DNA of 64,000 bases from the human T2T-CHM13v2.0 reference genome, Homo sapiens: the NCBI RefSeq assembly GCF_009914755.1, contig NC_060947.1; one strand, written 5' to 3'. The position numbers and the translations under genes are program-made. This document shows, piece after piece, positions 1 to 13,330 of this stretch; positions within the stretch are counted from its first letter, which is position 1; each line of letters opens with the position of its first letter. The notes under the pieces were generated by a model that was given only the letters and a program-made list of their open reading frames with translations, searched no databases and had not been told where the DNA came from.

Positions 1-578
1 AAAGAGCAGTTTATTTAATTTAAACAAGAGGACCTCAGTATGACAGAAAAAAACAATTAGACATTTCCATGTAACTCGGGATTCTGTCAAGGCTATCTGT
101 TGTGGTGAGGTCTAATTGGTAGATATGTCTGGCTCCCAGGCCCACCCTGACAGGATTGGTATGAGAAGAGATATCTGGGAGTATCCACCATTCTCTGAAT
201 ATTGGTTGGCTAGCCAGTCCCTTTCAGCAAGTTGATGGCAGTCTCCAGTACTGCAATTCACTGAATCAACCATTCCCATTGTGAGACAGAGCCACCCACC
301 AAACACTAATTTGACTCCAAAGTCTTTTTTTTATTGTCGAGCAAAAGAATGTGACAAAATGACTGAAAACCAGGCATGGTCAAGATTCCCATAGATGAGC
401 TGGAATGGGAATCAGAATGTAGCTCTTCATTTTTATAGGTAAATAATGAGATCTCATTGGTAAGGTTCTAACAGAACTCTTTATCAGTGATGCAACCACC
501 AATGGCATTGATAAAGGTTATTGGATTATAGAGAAGTAAATAAATGTATTGAAGAAAATGAGACTACCAGCACAGGAT
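1..578 (+). pseudogene. Pseudo-exon A (5' boundary outside window)
   Basis: Donor GAT|gtgagt at 579 (alternative gtaaga at 583). Motifs: IL-SRL-(fs)-LL-W* (81-108), YL-GVS-T-IL-*, FD-SKV-F-FY-C-R, ALHFYR*IMRSHW (422-460). Confidence 0.5.
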
Positions 579-2134
579 GTGAGTAAGAGTTCAAATTAAT
601 GCTGGCAGAATGGAACTAATAGAAGAAACCTGTGCAACAATCCACTTCTCTAACAGAGTTCTAACATTCTTTTATATGAGAACATTTGGATGCATAATTT
701 TCCTGTCAAGTTAGGTCTTCAAAATTTGAAACCAAGATTTTCCTGGCATGTGAATACAGTTTTCTTCTTTCTTTGTGACAAGATATATTTGACAGGTGAA
801 CTAACTCCATAAGACATTTTATATTGACATTTCTTTTTAGTTTTTTTGTCTCCGTACTAACAATAACATACACATTAGGGAGCCACAAGTCTTTGTGGCC
901 TCAGCCCCATTATTTAAAGTATGATCCATGTAATTTTTTTCTGGCTCTATACGTTAGGGAAAAGGAAACAAACTGGCTTTTTAAATGTAGTTGTTAGTTT
1001 GGGGACATGCCTTAAATATATTAATTATGTTTCTTAGTGTTTCAAAACACTTAATCCATGAGCTCTGTAGTCCAGTCACCCAAAAGAAACATTAGGTTAG
1101 ATTATTTCTATGCGAATCACACAAGTTTGTTGAATTTATTTCCTTTGATCTGATATTCTCAAAGTCTATTTCACTTAGAAGTCTCCATAGTGAAGATTTC
1201 TTTTAATCACATATGACCATGAGAACCCAGGTTCTTTTTATCTCTGGAAATCTCTTGCAAATGTGCATTTTATAAGGCTGTGTCTATAGAACACTGTCAG
1301 AAAAAGGGCTGTTGGGACCGAACGGAGATCCTTTCATATCCATATACTCAATTGTACTTGCTCAAACAAGTTGTACTAAATGACAAATGTTAACGAGTTG
1401 ACCTTAACTTCCTCCCCGCCATGCCCAACACATGCTACATCTTTAAAATTCTAAGTGGTAAATTGAGAATGAGATTTGAGATATGGGATCATTGATTTTC
1501 TTGTACACAAAATGATCAAGCCTCAGAAATAATAATTCATCACCACAATGCATGTAGGTGTTACACAAATGAAGGTTTTTTAAAAATAGGAATTAAGAGA
1601 GGAAATGCCTATTATAGATCACTGATAAAGAAACACACTTTATGATTTGATTTGAGAACATCAGTTTATTTAAATTCAAGCCTGTTGACTCCCTTAAACA
1701 TATTTGTATAATTCCTATAAATTTAAAGGTTTAAGACTGCCAGCTGAAAAAAAAAAAAAAAACTAATACTGCTGTCTTTGAAATCATCAAGAGAAACCTT
1801 GCCTCCATTCAGGAATGTAAAATAGCTTTGAAATTGATGTGTTTGGTCATTAAGCACAAACACTTGACACATTCCTTTGATTTCATAGATTGTAAATCCC
1901 TGCAGTACTGCAAGAAGCCATTTATGAAATTGAGCTATTGATTGTTCTAATCTATACAGTAATTACTAGTGGCAGCCTATTGAATAGGTGCTACCTCTAC
2001 AGTGTGCTCAAGAGGCACCATACAGGGTTATAGTCAAAAAGTTTCTTTGGCCCTCAGCATTCGGATCTGCTGGAGTTTCTTATTAAAATAGCAATATTCT
2101 TGTATAGGGACACACCCTAAGAATTTTTTTGTTT

Positions 2135-2410
2135 AGTAATTTATTCGCTCTTTTAAAAAATATATTGAGTTTCTGCTAGGCACCAAGAGGATTTGAGAAG
2201 ACCCAAACATGAATATGAATATGATTATTACTTTCAAGAACCTTATCACCTTGCAAGAGAAGATATGATATGCACACACATAAATATGAATTAATTAGAA
2301 TGGGGAGAGTTTAGCTGGTAAGTAAGAAGATGAATGAAAATCAGAATAGCCACCTGATAGGAAGACAAGGTTAGAAGAAGGCTTCTCCCAAAAGGAGTAA
2401 GAGGAAACTG
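2135..2410 (-). mobile_element. Degenerate L2 LINE 3' fragment
   Basis: Resembles the reverse L2 3' end (tatattgagtttctgctaggcacc...). Confidence 0.45.
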
Positions 2411-2896
2411 ATGAGAGGAAACAAAACACACCTTTATTTTGTACATCATAATTATATTATTTCATTTTGCCTTTCTTGAGTTAGCCAGTATGAAGTGGAA
2501 GGTAGAAAGCACTTATGACTTAAGCATAACCACCTACTTCTTAGCAAGGATGTCAAAGTAGGGGAAGTTAAAGGCCTAACCATCCAAAGTCAGCTAAGAA
2601 AACCAACAGCCTCAAGGAAATAAACTACAAACAATCAAATGAATAGCTTAGGCCTAGAACTTTTAATAAATATGTGCTTATCCCTCAATAGTCTAAAAAA
2701 GAAAAACAGAAAATAAATCAATATGGCAAATACATGTAACCTGCAAGAAGTGAAAATTAGACCTAGGTGCAAATGATGAATTTAGAATTCAGTTTGAAAT
2801 TGAAAATATATTGTGAATGTACTGCTTTCTATTTCTCTTCACTAAACTTAAAATATTGTAGATGTAGTACTTCTTTCATGAAACTAATATTCACAG

Positions 2897-3026
2897 AATT
2901 TGGCTAAAGGAAGAAGTTTAAGAATCACTGGCAACATTGATATCATAACCCAATAATGCTCCAAAGGAAAGTCTTGTAATGATACCAGGAGAATAATGAC
3001 CACTATCATCCTTATGCAGATTGATA

Positions 3027-3069
<43 letters not shown>

Positions 3070-3156
3070 CAATGGTGTTACATAATTCCAGAAAAAGAAA
3101 CCATTGTCTGCTAAATAAAGTGAAGTATATTCAAATTTATCTGCTTCATCTATCAG
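2897..3156 (+). pseudogene. Pseudo-exon B
   Basis: tcacag| acceptor and CAG|gtacat donor. 2931-2982 reads A-TL(fs)YHNPI-ML-QRK-V-L*-*(TGA), i.e. A-X7-hh-X3-h-X2-W spacing. Contains a (GAT)n expansion. Confidence 0.5.
3027..3070. repeat. (GAT)n microsatellite, about 14 units
   Basis: Read directly from the sequence. Confidence 0.97.
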
Positions 3157-3614
3157 GTACATATCATTCTAAAATGTTGTAATATAGTCTAAAAAAAAAA
3201 TATATAGTCTATACTTGAAAGTTTCCTACAAACACATTTATTGATCCCCAAGCAAATTATCTACATGGAGAATAGCATTATAGAGTTTCTTTATATATTT
3301 ATGCACACATACACACAAACACTTTATATCCAATGTCTAGAACCAGCTTCTATTAGAAAAAATAGAGGTATTAGATAATAATTGTAATGTTATTATTCCA
3401 GGCAACTTTTCACTTATTTCACTCTGAAGATTTAAATATTTTTATCAAGACCTTTTGATTTTTGACCTTTTAATATTCAGTCATCACCAGTTGCTCTGTC
3501 CCATAGACTATCATGGATCGCTTTTTCACATACAGCAAACTACCACATAGTGGAAGAAAAGTACTATGTAACTATTTTTTAAAAGAAAGCATTACCTGCC
3601 TTTGTTCTTTTCAG

Positions 3615-3659
3615 AATATGTTGAAAATAAACTTTAAAATCTGGGGAAGGCAATATCCG
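3615..3659 (+). pseudogene. Pseudo-exon C (45 nt)
   Basis: tttgttcttttcag| acceptor and CCG|gtgaga donor. Open phase-0 frame NMLKINFKIWGRQYP contains an intact ML-KIN-F-KI-W motif. Confidence 0.6.
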
Positions 3660-3846
3660 GTGAGAAGTAGTCTTTCTGACTGAAAAAGCATAAATAAATA
3701 AATAAACAAATAAGAAGTGTTTTATTGAATAAATTATTTTAATGCTTTTGAAATTTTTCTTAAATATGCTTAGGAAGCAGATTATCTAGAGAAAAATGAA
3801 GAGGAGTACCATTATATTTTGCAAATTGGTCATTAAAATAGCTATA

Positions 3847-5500
3847 TTCATTCATTCACAGTGATAGGCACTGTCCTATGTGCTGGGAACACAGAATTAG
3901 ACAAGACAGATAATGTCTCTTTCCTAAGGAAACCTATAATATTGGGGGTGGGTGTAGAATAGCCACTGTACGAGTGATTACAAAAGTATTTACAATTGAG
4001 ATGAAAGGCATGAAAAGTGTATAGGCCTATGGGGATATATAACAGAGAGACCAAACCTACTCCAGGAGCTCAGGGAATGTCTCCCTGATAAATCCACATT
4101 AAAGGTGAAATATGTAAACTCAATTATCTAGAAAAATACAGGAAAAGATATATGTAAGAGCCCAAATAATGGTGTATTAAATAAATAAACAAAGGTTGAT
4201 AAATCTTGAGAAAAATGGGTAAACAGGTAAATTGAAGGAGGAAAGACTGGAAAGGTGGCGGATCCAAAAACACACATGATATTGGAAGACATATTGAGGA
4301 TTCTGTAAAATGCCATAGAAATTCATTCCTTCATTCATTTTATAAATACACATGGAGAATTTATATATTAGTTATTCTTCTAAATGTTGGAAATATAAGA
4401 CCTCTGTTCTTGTGGAGCTTACATTATAATGATGAGAGTCTGACAATAAACAAAAATAAATAAATAAAATATATAGTGTGTCCAATGGTGATAAGTGCTA
4501 TGGAGAAAAATAAAGCAAAGACTGCCAATAGGGAACGTGCTTTGAAGGGGCTGCAATTTTAAATAGATTGGTCAAAGAAGGCCATAATGAAAAGGTGAGA
4601 CTTAAGCAAAGACTGGAGGGAGACATGGGAGGGAGCCATGAGGATTATATTATTCATTGCTGTGTAAAAAATTATCAGAGATTTAGAGATTTCAGACAAT
4701 TCACATTATCTCACAGTTTCTGTTGGTCAGAAGTCTGGGTATGGCCTAATTGGATTATTTGCTCAGAGTTTCACAAAGTTGTAATCAAGTTGGTCCCTGG
4801 GGCTACAGCCAACTTTGAGGATTAGGTTTTCTTTCAATCTCATGGAATTGTTGGTAGAATGCATTACATTGCAGCTGTAGTATGATGGCTTACTTCTTCA
4901 AGCCCAGCAATAATGAGAGAGTTTCTGCTTCTTTGAGTCTCTGACCTCTAGACCCTCTTTTAAAGAGCTCACCTGATTAGGTCAGGCTCACCCACAATAA
5001 TCTTTCTTTTTTATGAACTTGAAGTCACTTGATTAAATAATTCAATCTGCACAGTTCCTTCACTTTTTAAATATAGCATAATGTAACTAAAAAGTGACAT
5101 CCCATATTCTTCACCATATTCCATTGGTTAGAGGCAAGTCATAGGTTCCACCTGCACACAAGAGATGGGGATTATACAAGAGTGTGACTTATTTGGGTTT
5201 ACTTTAAGGTGTGTCTGCTACAAAGATATTTGAGGGAAGTGAGTTCCAGGCAGAATGTGTATGGCACTTTGAGGACATCAAGGAATGTAGTGTGGCTTTA
5301 ATAGTGAGCTAAGGAATGTAACAGGAAGATTAAATCAGATGTGGGAGCAGATCCTATAGTCTTATAGGCCCTTTAATAACCTTTAGCTCTGAGTGTGATG
5401 AAAACCCATTAGAGGGTATTCAACAAAGGAGTGACCTCATTTGACTTTTTTTTTAAAGTTCATTCTGGCTGTTGTGTTGAGAATAGACTGAAAAAAATAG
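3847..5500 (-). mobile_element. L2 fragments (3' ends near 3847 and 4322), interrupted by an MLT1 LTR
   Basis: ttcattcattca termini and L2-like text (ggagcttacat, gacaataaac, gataagtgctatggagaaaaataaagc); resumes near 5225. Confidence 0.7.
4645..5222 (-). mobile_element. MLT1-type MaLR LTR
   Basis: attgctgtgtaa...tatctcacagtttctg...tccattggttagaggcaagtca...ggggattatac hallmarks. Confidence 0.7.
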
Positions 5501-5854
5501 AAGTCCATAAATAGACTTAAATTGACTTAAATAGAAATGGAAGAGATGGACAAATTAATGACTCCTGTTCTTCAAAAAAGAGGTAGTCTACTAATACACA
5601 TATACTTTTGTTTTTTATATCACTAGAGCCTTTCAAAATTCTTGGATACACAAGGCACAGGCTGCTTTAAAGCAAAGTATGGCTAGGCGGGCATCTTCTG
5701 GGAAATATTTGGTTATCTAAAAGTTTTATGTGATCAGAGAATGAATTACATAAGATTGAATCTCACTAAGATTTTGGTAATTTAATTATTGATGTAGTTG
5801 TACCTATGAAATCATAGAATTTTAGATGTGGAAATAATTTGAAAGTCAACTAGG

Positions 5855-8800
5855 AAGAGAGTAACATCACACAATGGTAAACTAGAAAGCTCCAGGCCCT
5901 CATTTCCCCAGGGAAACATTAGACAACAGGAGGTTGGATAAAATAACCTTATAGAAGCTCTGAAAATCAGTTAAAGATCTAGAACAACCAAATAAACCCT
6001 CGATTTAGAAAAAAGTCACATTCAAAATGGTAGGAAATATTGTGGCTTTTTAACTCATCCTTGTCCTACCATCTCTTCAGCACGATGAGATGTAGATTAT
6101 AAGAAGTGATGGTCCTATCCCTAGTTGTCTGCAAACCAGAGAGAGCAGAGCACACTGAGTTTGCAAGTTTCTAAACTGTCTGTAGGCTGCCACATGTTTT
6201 GGTATCTCTATCACTTAACTCAAAGTTCATATGGCCACAATTAAGTCCAATCTCAGGCTAAGGAAGCCCTGCGAAGCAGCAGGCATGGCTTGTTAAAACT
6301 ACATGGGAACTATAGAGTTGCATATGCCTGAAGCAAGAGATTATTGAGGAAGAAATAGAACAAAACAGCTAATAAACCTGACAAAAAGCAAGGGTAAGAT
6401 TCTTCAGAAAAGTAATATATTTAAAACCAACTATACAAACGGGGGAATTGGAAAATATACACACAGACTCCCAGAGAAAATTCATGCTCATGAAGGCCTA
6501 TGAACACCTTAAGCCTTAAGATTGGATTGATTAGTGAAGGCTTTCACCTACTCTGGGTCAATCTACAAAGATTGGAATAGGTGACTGTTTTTTCAAATGT
6601 ACAGTTTTCAATAGAGGATGACAAAGCATACAAAGAAACAGGAAAACATGTCCATTCAAAGGCACAAAATAATTTCAAAAACCCAAGCCTGAAGACAAAA
6701 GTTTTACACTTAGACAATACTTTAAAACAACTGTGTTAAATACGCTCAAAGAGCTAAGAAAATCATGGACAAACAAAAGAAATAAGGAAAACAATATATG
6801 AACAAATTGAGAATATCAACAGAGATGTGAAGTATAAAAAAGAACAAAATAACAATTTGGGAATTGAAAAACGCAAACAACAAAACAAAAAATTGACTAA
6901 AGGATTCAATATTATACTCAAACAGACAGGAAGAAAAGCAAATATGAAGACAGATCACTTGAAATTATTGAGTTTGAGGAGCAAAAATTATAAATAGATA
7001 AATAAAATGTGAACACAGCCAAAGGGGCATGTGGAACATCATCAAGAAGATCATTATAATTATTATGAAAGTTCCAGAAAGAAAAGAGATAAATGGAAAG
7101 TGAAGTTATTTAAAGAAACAATGGGCAAAAATTATAATTAGAAGAAAAACATGGATATGCAAATCCAAGAAGCTCAAGTGAATAAATAATAGCAAAATTA
7201 TTCACAGTAGTCAAAAAGTGAAAGCAACCAGTGCTGGTGGACAGATGAATAGATTTAAAAAGGCAATAAACTGGTCCCATTCCTACGAAAATATTCAAAA
7301 AAATTGAGAAGGGATTCATCCCTAACTCATTCTGTGAGGCCACCATCATCCTGATACCAAAACGTGACAGAGACACAAGAAAAGAAATCTTCAGACCAAT
7401 ATCCTGATGAACATCCATGCAAAAATCCTCAAAAAAATACTGGAAAAGAAAATCCAGCAGCACATCAAAAAGCTTATCCACCACAATCAAGTAGGCTCTA
7501 TCCCCAAGGTGCAAGGTTCATTCAACATATGCAAACTAATAAATGTGATTCATCACATAAATACAACCAAAGACAAAAACCAAATGATTATCTCAATAGA
7601 AGCAAAAAAACCTTTTAATAAAATTTAACAATGCTTCATGTTAAAAACCCTCAGTAAATGAGATATTAAAGGAACATGTCTCAAAATAATAAAAGCAATC
7701 TATGACAAACCCACAGCCAACATCATAATAAATGGGCAAAAGCTGAAAGCATTCCTTTTGAAAATTGGCACAAGACAAGGACGCCCTCTCTCACCACTCT
7801 TATTCAACATAGTATTGGAAGTGCTGGCCAGAGAAATCAGGCAAAAGAAAGAAATAAAAGGCATCTAAATAAGAATGGCAAACTATCCCTGTTTGCGAAT
7901 GACAGGATTCTATATCTACAAAGCCCTATAGTCTCGGTTCAAATGTTCCTTAAGCTGATAAACAGCTTCAGCAAAGTCCTGGGATACAAAATCAATGTAC
8001 AAAAATCCTAGCATTCCTATAAACCAACATCAGCCAAGCTGAAAGCCAAATCAGGAATACAATCCCATTCACAACTGCCACAAAAAGAATAAGATACTTA
8101 AAAATACAGCTAACCAGATTGGTGAACAATCTCTACAATGATAACTACAAAACACAACTCAAAGATCTGAGAGATGACACAAACAAATGAAAAAACATTC
8201 CATGTTCATGGATAGGAAGAATTAACATTGCAGAATTGGCCATACTACCCAAAGCAATTTATAAAATCAGTGTTATTCCTATCAAAATATCAATGACATT
8301 CTTCACATAACTAAAAAAATCTACTTCAAAATTCATATGGAACCAGAAAAGAGCCTGACTAGCCAAGGCAATCCTAAGCAAAAATAACAAACCTACAGGC
8401 ATCACGCTACCTGACTTCAAACTATGCTGCAGGGCTACAGTAACCAAAACAGCATGGTACTGGTACAAAAACAGACACATAGACCAATGGAACAGACAAG
8501 AGAACACAGAAATAATGCTACACACCTACAACCATCTGATCTTTGACAAAGTTGACAAAAACAGAGAGTGGGGAAAGGACTCCCCATTCAGTAAATGGTG
8601 CTGGGAAAACTGGCTAGCCATATGTAAAAGAATGAAACTGGACCCCTTCCTTATACCATATCCAAAAATCAACACATGATGGATCAAACACTTCAATGTA
8701 AAACCCAAAACTATAAAAACCCTAAAAGACAACCTAGGCAATACCAGCTGGGACACAGAAACAGGCAAATATTTCATGACGAAGATGCCAAAATTAATTG

Positions 8801-10383
8801 CAAACAAAAGCAAAAATTAACAAGTGGGATCTAATTAAACTGAAGAGCTTCTGCACAGCAAAAAAAAAAAACAAAACCTGTCAACAGAATAAACAGACAA
8901 TCTACAGAATGAGAGAAAATATTTGCAAACTATGCATCTGACAAAGGTTTAATGTGCAGCATCTACAATCTTGTAGATTTAAACAAACCTACAAGAAAAA
9001 AAGCATTAACAAGTGGGCAGAGGACATGAACACTTTTCCAAAGAAGACATAACATGCAGTCAACAATCATATGACAAAAAAGCTCAACATCATTGATTAT
9101 TAGAGAAATTCAAACCACAACCATAATGAGATACCATTTCACACCAGCCAGAGGGCTATGATTAAAAAGTAAAAAAATAACATGCTGGTGAGGTTGTTGA
9201 GAAAAAGGAACACTTATACACTGTTGCTGGTATTGTAAATTAGTTCAACCATTGTGAAGGACAGTGTGGTGATTCCTTGAAGACCTAAAGACAGAAATGT
9301 CATTTGACTCAGCACTACCCCTACTAAGTATGTACCCAAAAGAGTATATATCATGCTATATGAAGACACATGCCTGTATTTATTCATTGCAGCACTATTC
9401 ATGTTAGCAAAGACATGGAATCAATCTAAATGCCCATCAATGATAGACTGGATAAAGTAAATGTGGTACATATACACCATGAAATACTATGCAGCCATAA
9501 AAAGAATGAAATCATATTCTTTGCAGGAACATGGATGGAGCTGGAAGCCATTATCCCTAGCAAACTAATGAAGGATCAGAAAACCAAATGCTGCATGTTC
9601 TCATTTATAAGTGGGAGCTAAATAATGAGAACACATGGACACAAGGAGGGGAAAAACAGGCACGGGGGTCTCCTGGAGGTTGGAGGGTGGAAGGAGGGTG
9701 AAGATCATAAAAAATAGCTAATGACTATAAGGCTTAATATCTGGGTGATGAAATATCTGTACAACAAACCTCCAGGACACATGTTTACCTGTGTAACACA
9801 CCTGCATGTAGCCCCAAACTTAAAAGTAAAACATACAAACACACAAAAACAAAAGGCAATACATACCTACAATGGAATATTATTCAGTCTTATAAAAGAA
9901 AGAACTCCTGATACATCAGCAGCAGTCTGCTGCAGGAGTGAGGGGAGCCAAAAACAGCCCTATCTACCCTTTCCTGGAGCCCCAAGTCCCTCCAGGTTTG
10001 ATCCCTGGAAAGTTCTTCCATAATATGGAAACTTTGAAGACATTATGCTAAGTGAAATAAACCAGTCACAAAAAGATAAGTACTGTCTAATCCCACTTAT
10101 ATGAGGTACCTAGAGTAGTTAGATTCTTAGAGACAAAAGTAGAATAGTGGGTTCTGGAGGTTGGAGTAAAAGGTGGGTGTATGGTAAGTTATTGTTTAAT
10201 GGGTACTGAATTTCAGTTATGGAAGATGAAATAAGCTCTGGAGGTGGATGATGATAATGGTAGCACAACAATGTGAATATACTCAATGCTACTAAACGCT
10301 GCATTTAATAATTGTAAAAATCTAAAAATTGATGTTATACATATTTCACCACAATAAAAAAGTAAACAAAAAAGTAAATATAT
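5855..10383 (+). mobile_element. Old L1M (L1MB-like): 5'UTR/ORF1 joined to the 3' end with most of ORF2 deleted; hosts a younger L1PA
   Basis: 5'UTR/ORF1-like 5855-7175; 3' end at 7185-7270 and 9860-10380. Flanking TSD-like aagtcaactagg (5843-5854) and aagtcatatagg (10384-10395), within an L3-like remnant. Confidence 0.65.
7271..9850 (+). mobile_element. 5'-truncated L1PA (ORF2 RT to 3'UTR)
   Basis: ORF2 peptide [12 protein letters not shown]...QVGSIP and L1PA 3'UTR. TSD aaaaggcaata near 7258 and 9851. Confidence 0.92.
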
Positions 10384-10495
10384 AAGTCATATAGGCCAGC
10401 CTGGCAACCCCAAGGAGAATTTTAAAAGTCATTTCTGACAGATGATTTTTCAGCCTTGCTTGAATACTTTCCACTTACAACAATTGCATGCAAGA

Positions 10496-10878
10496 TGATA
10501 TGATTTGGTTCGTGTCCTCACTCAAATCTCACTTCAAATTGTAACCCCCACATGTCAAGGGAGAGACCTGCAATCTTCACGTTAGGGAGAGAGGTGATTG
10601 GATCATGGTGGCCATTTCCCCCATGCTGTTCTCGTAATAGTGAGTGAGTTCTCACAAAATTTGATTGTCTTGTAGTATTTGACAGTTCCTCCTTCACATG
10701 CTCTCTCTCTCCTGCTGCCTTGTGAAGAAGGTATTTCCTCTTTGCCTTCCAGTGTGATTGTAAGATTCCTAGGCCTCTCTCTCCAGCCATGTGGAACTAT
10801 GAGTCAATTAATCCTATTTTCTATGTAAATTACCCACTTGGGTAGTATCTTTATACCAGTGTAAAGCAGACTAATATA
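10496..10878 (+). mobile_element. THE1/MST MaLR solo LTR
   Basis: tgatatgatttgg...gattggatcatgg...gactaata termini with 5-bp TSD CAAGA. Confidence 0.88.
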
Positions 10879-13029
10879 CAAGATCTACCCAGTAAAGTTT
10901 TACTGAAATATTTTTTTTCTTTCAGCTTCTTATGCTCTTAATACTGCTTTATACTACAATTTTATTCATACTTGTGATAATGTCTTTCTTTTATCATTTA
11001 TACCTATTATTTTAGTGCCACTGTGTTTTCTATAGAGTAGTAATTATCAACTGAATGTGAGTTTGTTTGGATGTCTGTGGTGAGGGATTGTTTAGGAAGT
11101 CCTTTAAATCTGCATCAAAAATATTAAGGCTCTTCAAGATGGTTGATTAGAGATGTTGGATGTCAGTTCTCCTCAGAAAGAAGAACCAAAGTTATAGATG
11201 AATAATCATAACTCAAATATAAGTTTAGGTGGTGAGTGCCAGAGCTTATCAAAGAACTCAAGGAAGAAGCTAAGACGCTGTAAAAGGAAGGAAGCAAAAG
11301 TTTGGCAGAGATCAAACCTGCAGGGACTTGGGGTTCCAGGAAAGGGTAGATAGGGCTGTTTTTGGCTCCCCTCACTCCTACAGCAGACTACCGATTTCTG
11401 AACTGTTGGAGAGACCTCCTTTCCTATCATGAACCCGAGCATTGGTGTGGGCGGCAATTTGGGAAATTTGTGAGGTCATTGCACTGTGCTGCCTGCTCTT
11501 GCAGGGTTGCTCAATGTCCTTTGAGACCTGAGGTGCAGTAGTAAGTGCCATACTCAGTGTGCACTTGTTGTGGGAGTCTGGCCTGCACAGAGAATTTCAA
11601 CCCTTATGTCTCCACATCACTAAATTCTCTACAGATATTCCTAAGCATCTACTTGGATTGCTGCAGCCATATAGGCCTGTCTAGACCAAAGAAGCTGCAG
11701 GATTCCCAGCCAGTTTGGTGCACAGGGTATGCTGCTCCTTGGGAAAGGGAGAGTGCAGTTCACCCAGGGAGTATGCCTTGGAACAAGGATAATCAGAGTG
11801 CATGTTCTCCTGGGCCCAGTAGTTCCCTGCTTGTGGGCTGTAGGTGACTGTGCACCATCCATCAGAGACACAGGTGCTATGCTGAGTGCTCCATGGGGAA
11901 GCAGAGTGGTTATTCCTCAGCATCCAAGCAGCCTCTGTGCTTGGGCACAGCAGTGGAGAGGGAGAACTCTCCTTCAAACTGCTGACCGCTATGGAAACAG
12001 CCATGGCTGCTTCCCTGGAAGCATGGCATGGGTGTGTCTATGGATGTCCATCATGGAGCTACTTTGGGTGTTCATGCACCCACTAGTGGTGTACTCTTGC
12101 ACAAAAGGTGGAGCCCCTTCTCTTCTCTACATAGAGAGGCAGTGTTCCTGCAGCAGAGAAAAGGCTATCCATGAAGTTGTATGTTTTGGGCTAAAGAAAG
12201 TGGTTCTACATCAAAGTCATTTTGGTGGGCAGCCATGGACAGATGTTTTCCACAGCTCTCAGCTATGTTGTGGTCTGGAGAGTGATGGTTAAGTCTGTTC
12301 AAACCAAGAGACACAAACCCCAGGAAAAGGGAGGGATGAGAAAGACAATCACATTCCTGCTTGCCCAGGATATGGAGCCAGTGCCACCCTTTCTCCAACC
12401 TTGGAAATCCTTGGTGCTTTTCACCAAGAGCTACCTTGCCACCCAAGGTCAGGGCTGGTGCTTCTGCTGGGCATTGGGGTATCTAAGGGCAACAATGGCA
12501 GTCCAGCTCTGTCCAACTTGTCCCCACCTTAAGGAATGAGCAGTGAACTCAGGGCGCTAGGCATTCCACAGACCAGCCCATCAGGTGAGGCAACAGAGAA
12601 CTCCTTCTGACAATCAAAGGTCAAGCAAATACCCATCTATTTCTGCCAGAAGGCTCTTACCTGCAAGTGTCACCTACTAGCCTGGAGGTCAAACAGCACA
12701 ATCCAATACAAAATCTGCTGACTTAAATATACAGCACCTAGGACTTCTGACTCCACATCTCTGCAAGAGGCTAAGAACACACTCAAATGCACAGTATACC
12801 ACTACTGCAATCAATATTCAAAGAAAAAAAAACAAAAAACAAAAAAACAACAAAAAAAACCCCACCACAGTAAGGCTATCTATGACCAAGGAAATTAGAC
12901 AGAATTTTGTCCCCCTGAAAATACCCAGAAGCAAAGGCAAATGACCCTACTCAACATACATTACAGTTATACCCAAAAAGTAGAAAAAAAAGTCACATCC
13001 AAACAAAAGTAAATTCAAAAATAAGAAGT

Positions 13030-13330
13030 GGCTGGGCGCGGTGGCTCACACCTGTAATCCCAGAGCTTTGGGAGGCCGAGGTAGGCTGGTAACTTGAGGT
13101 CAGAAGTTCGAGACCAGCCTGGAAAACATCGTGAAACCCCATCCCTACTAAAAATACAAACATTAGCAGAGCGTGGTGGCACATGCCTGTAGTCCCATCT
13201 ACTTGGGAGACGAGGCAGGAGGATCGCTTGAACTTGGAAGGTGGAGGCTGCAGTGAGCTGAGATCGCGCTACTGCACTCCAGCCTGGGCAACAGAGCCAG
13301 ACTCTGTCTCAAAAATAAATAAATAAAAAA
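13030..13330 (+). mobile_element. Old Alu (AluJ/S) inserted in the L1PB
   Basis: Full Alu dimer with TSD aaaaa(t/c)aagaagt. Confidence 0.95.

Noticed and set aside
72-114. IQ-motif-like reading GFCQGYLLW*GL
   Set aside because: It lacks the IQ residues, and the same bases fit the Sfi1-type spacing seen repeatedly elsewhere. Not excluded, but less parsimonious.
2884-3162. Minus-strand poly-Ser ORF
   Set aside because: It is an antisense readout of the (GAT)n repeat; the splice signals point to the + strand.
11545-12539. Overlapping 100-187 aa ORFs on both strands
   Set aside because: They lie in the GC-richer L1PB 5'UTR where stops are rare, and show no recognisable protein features.
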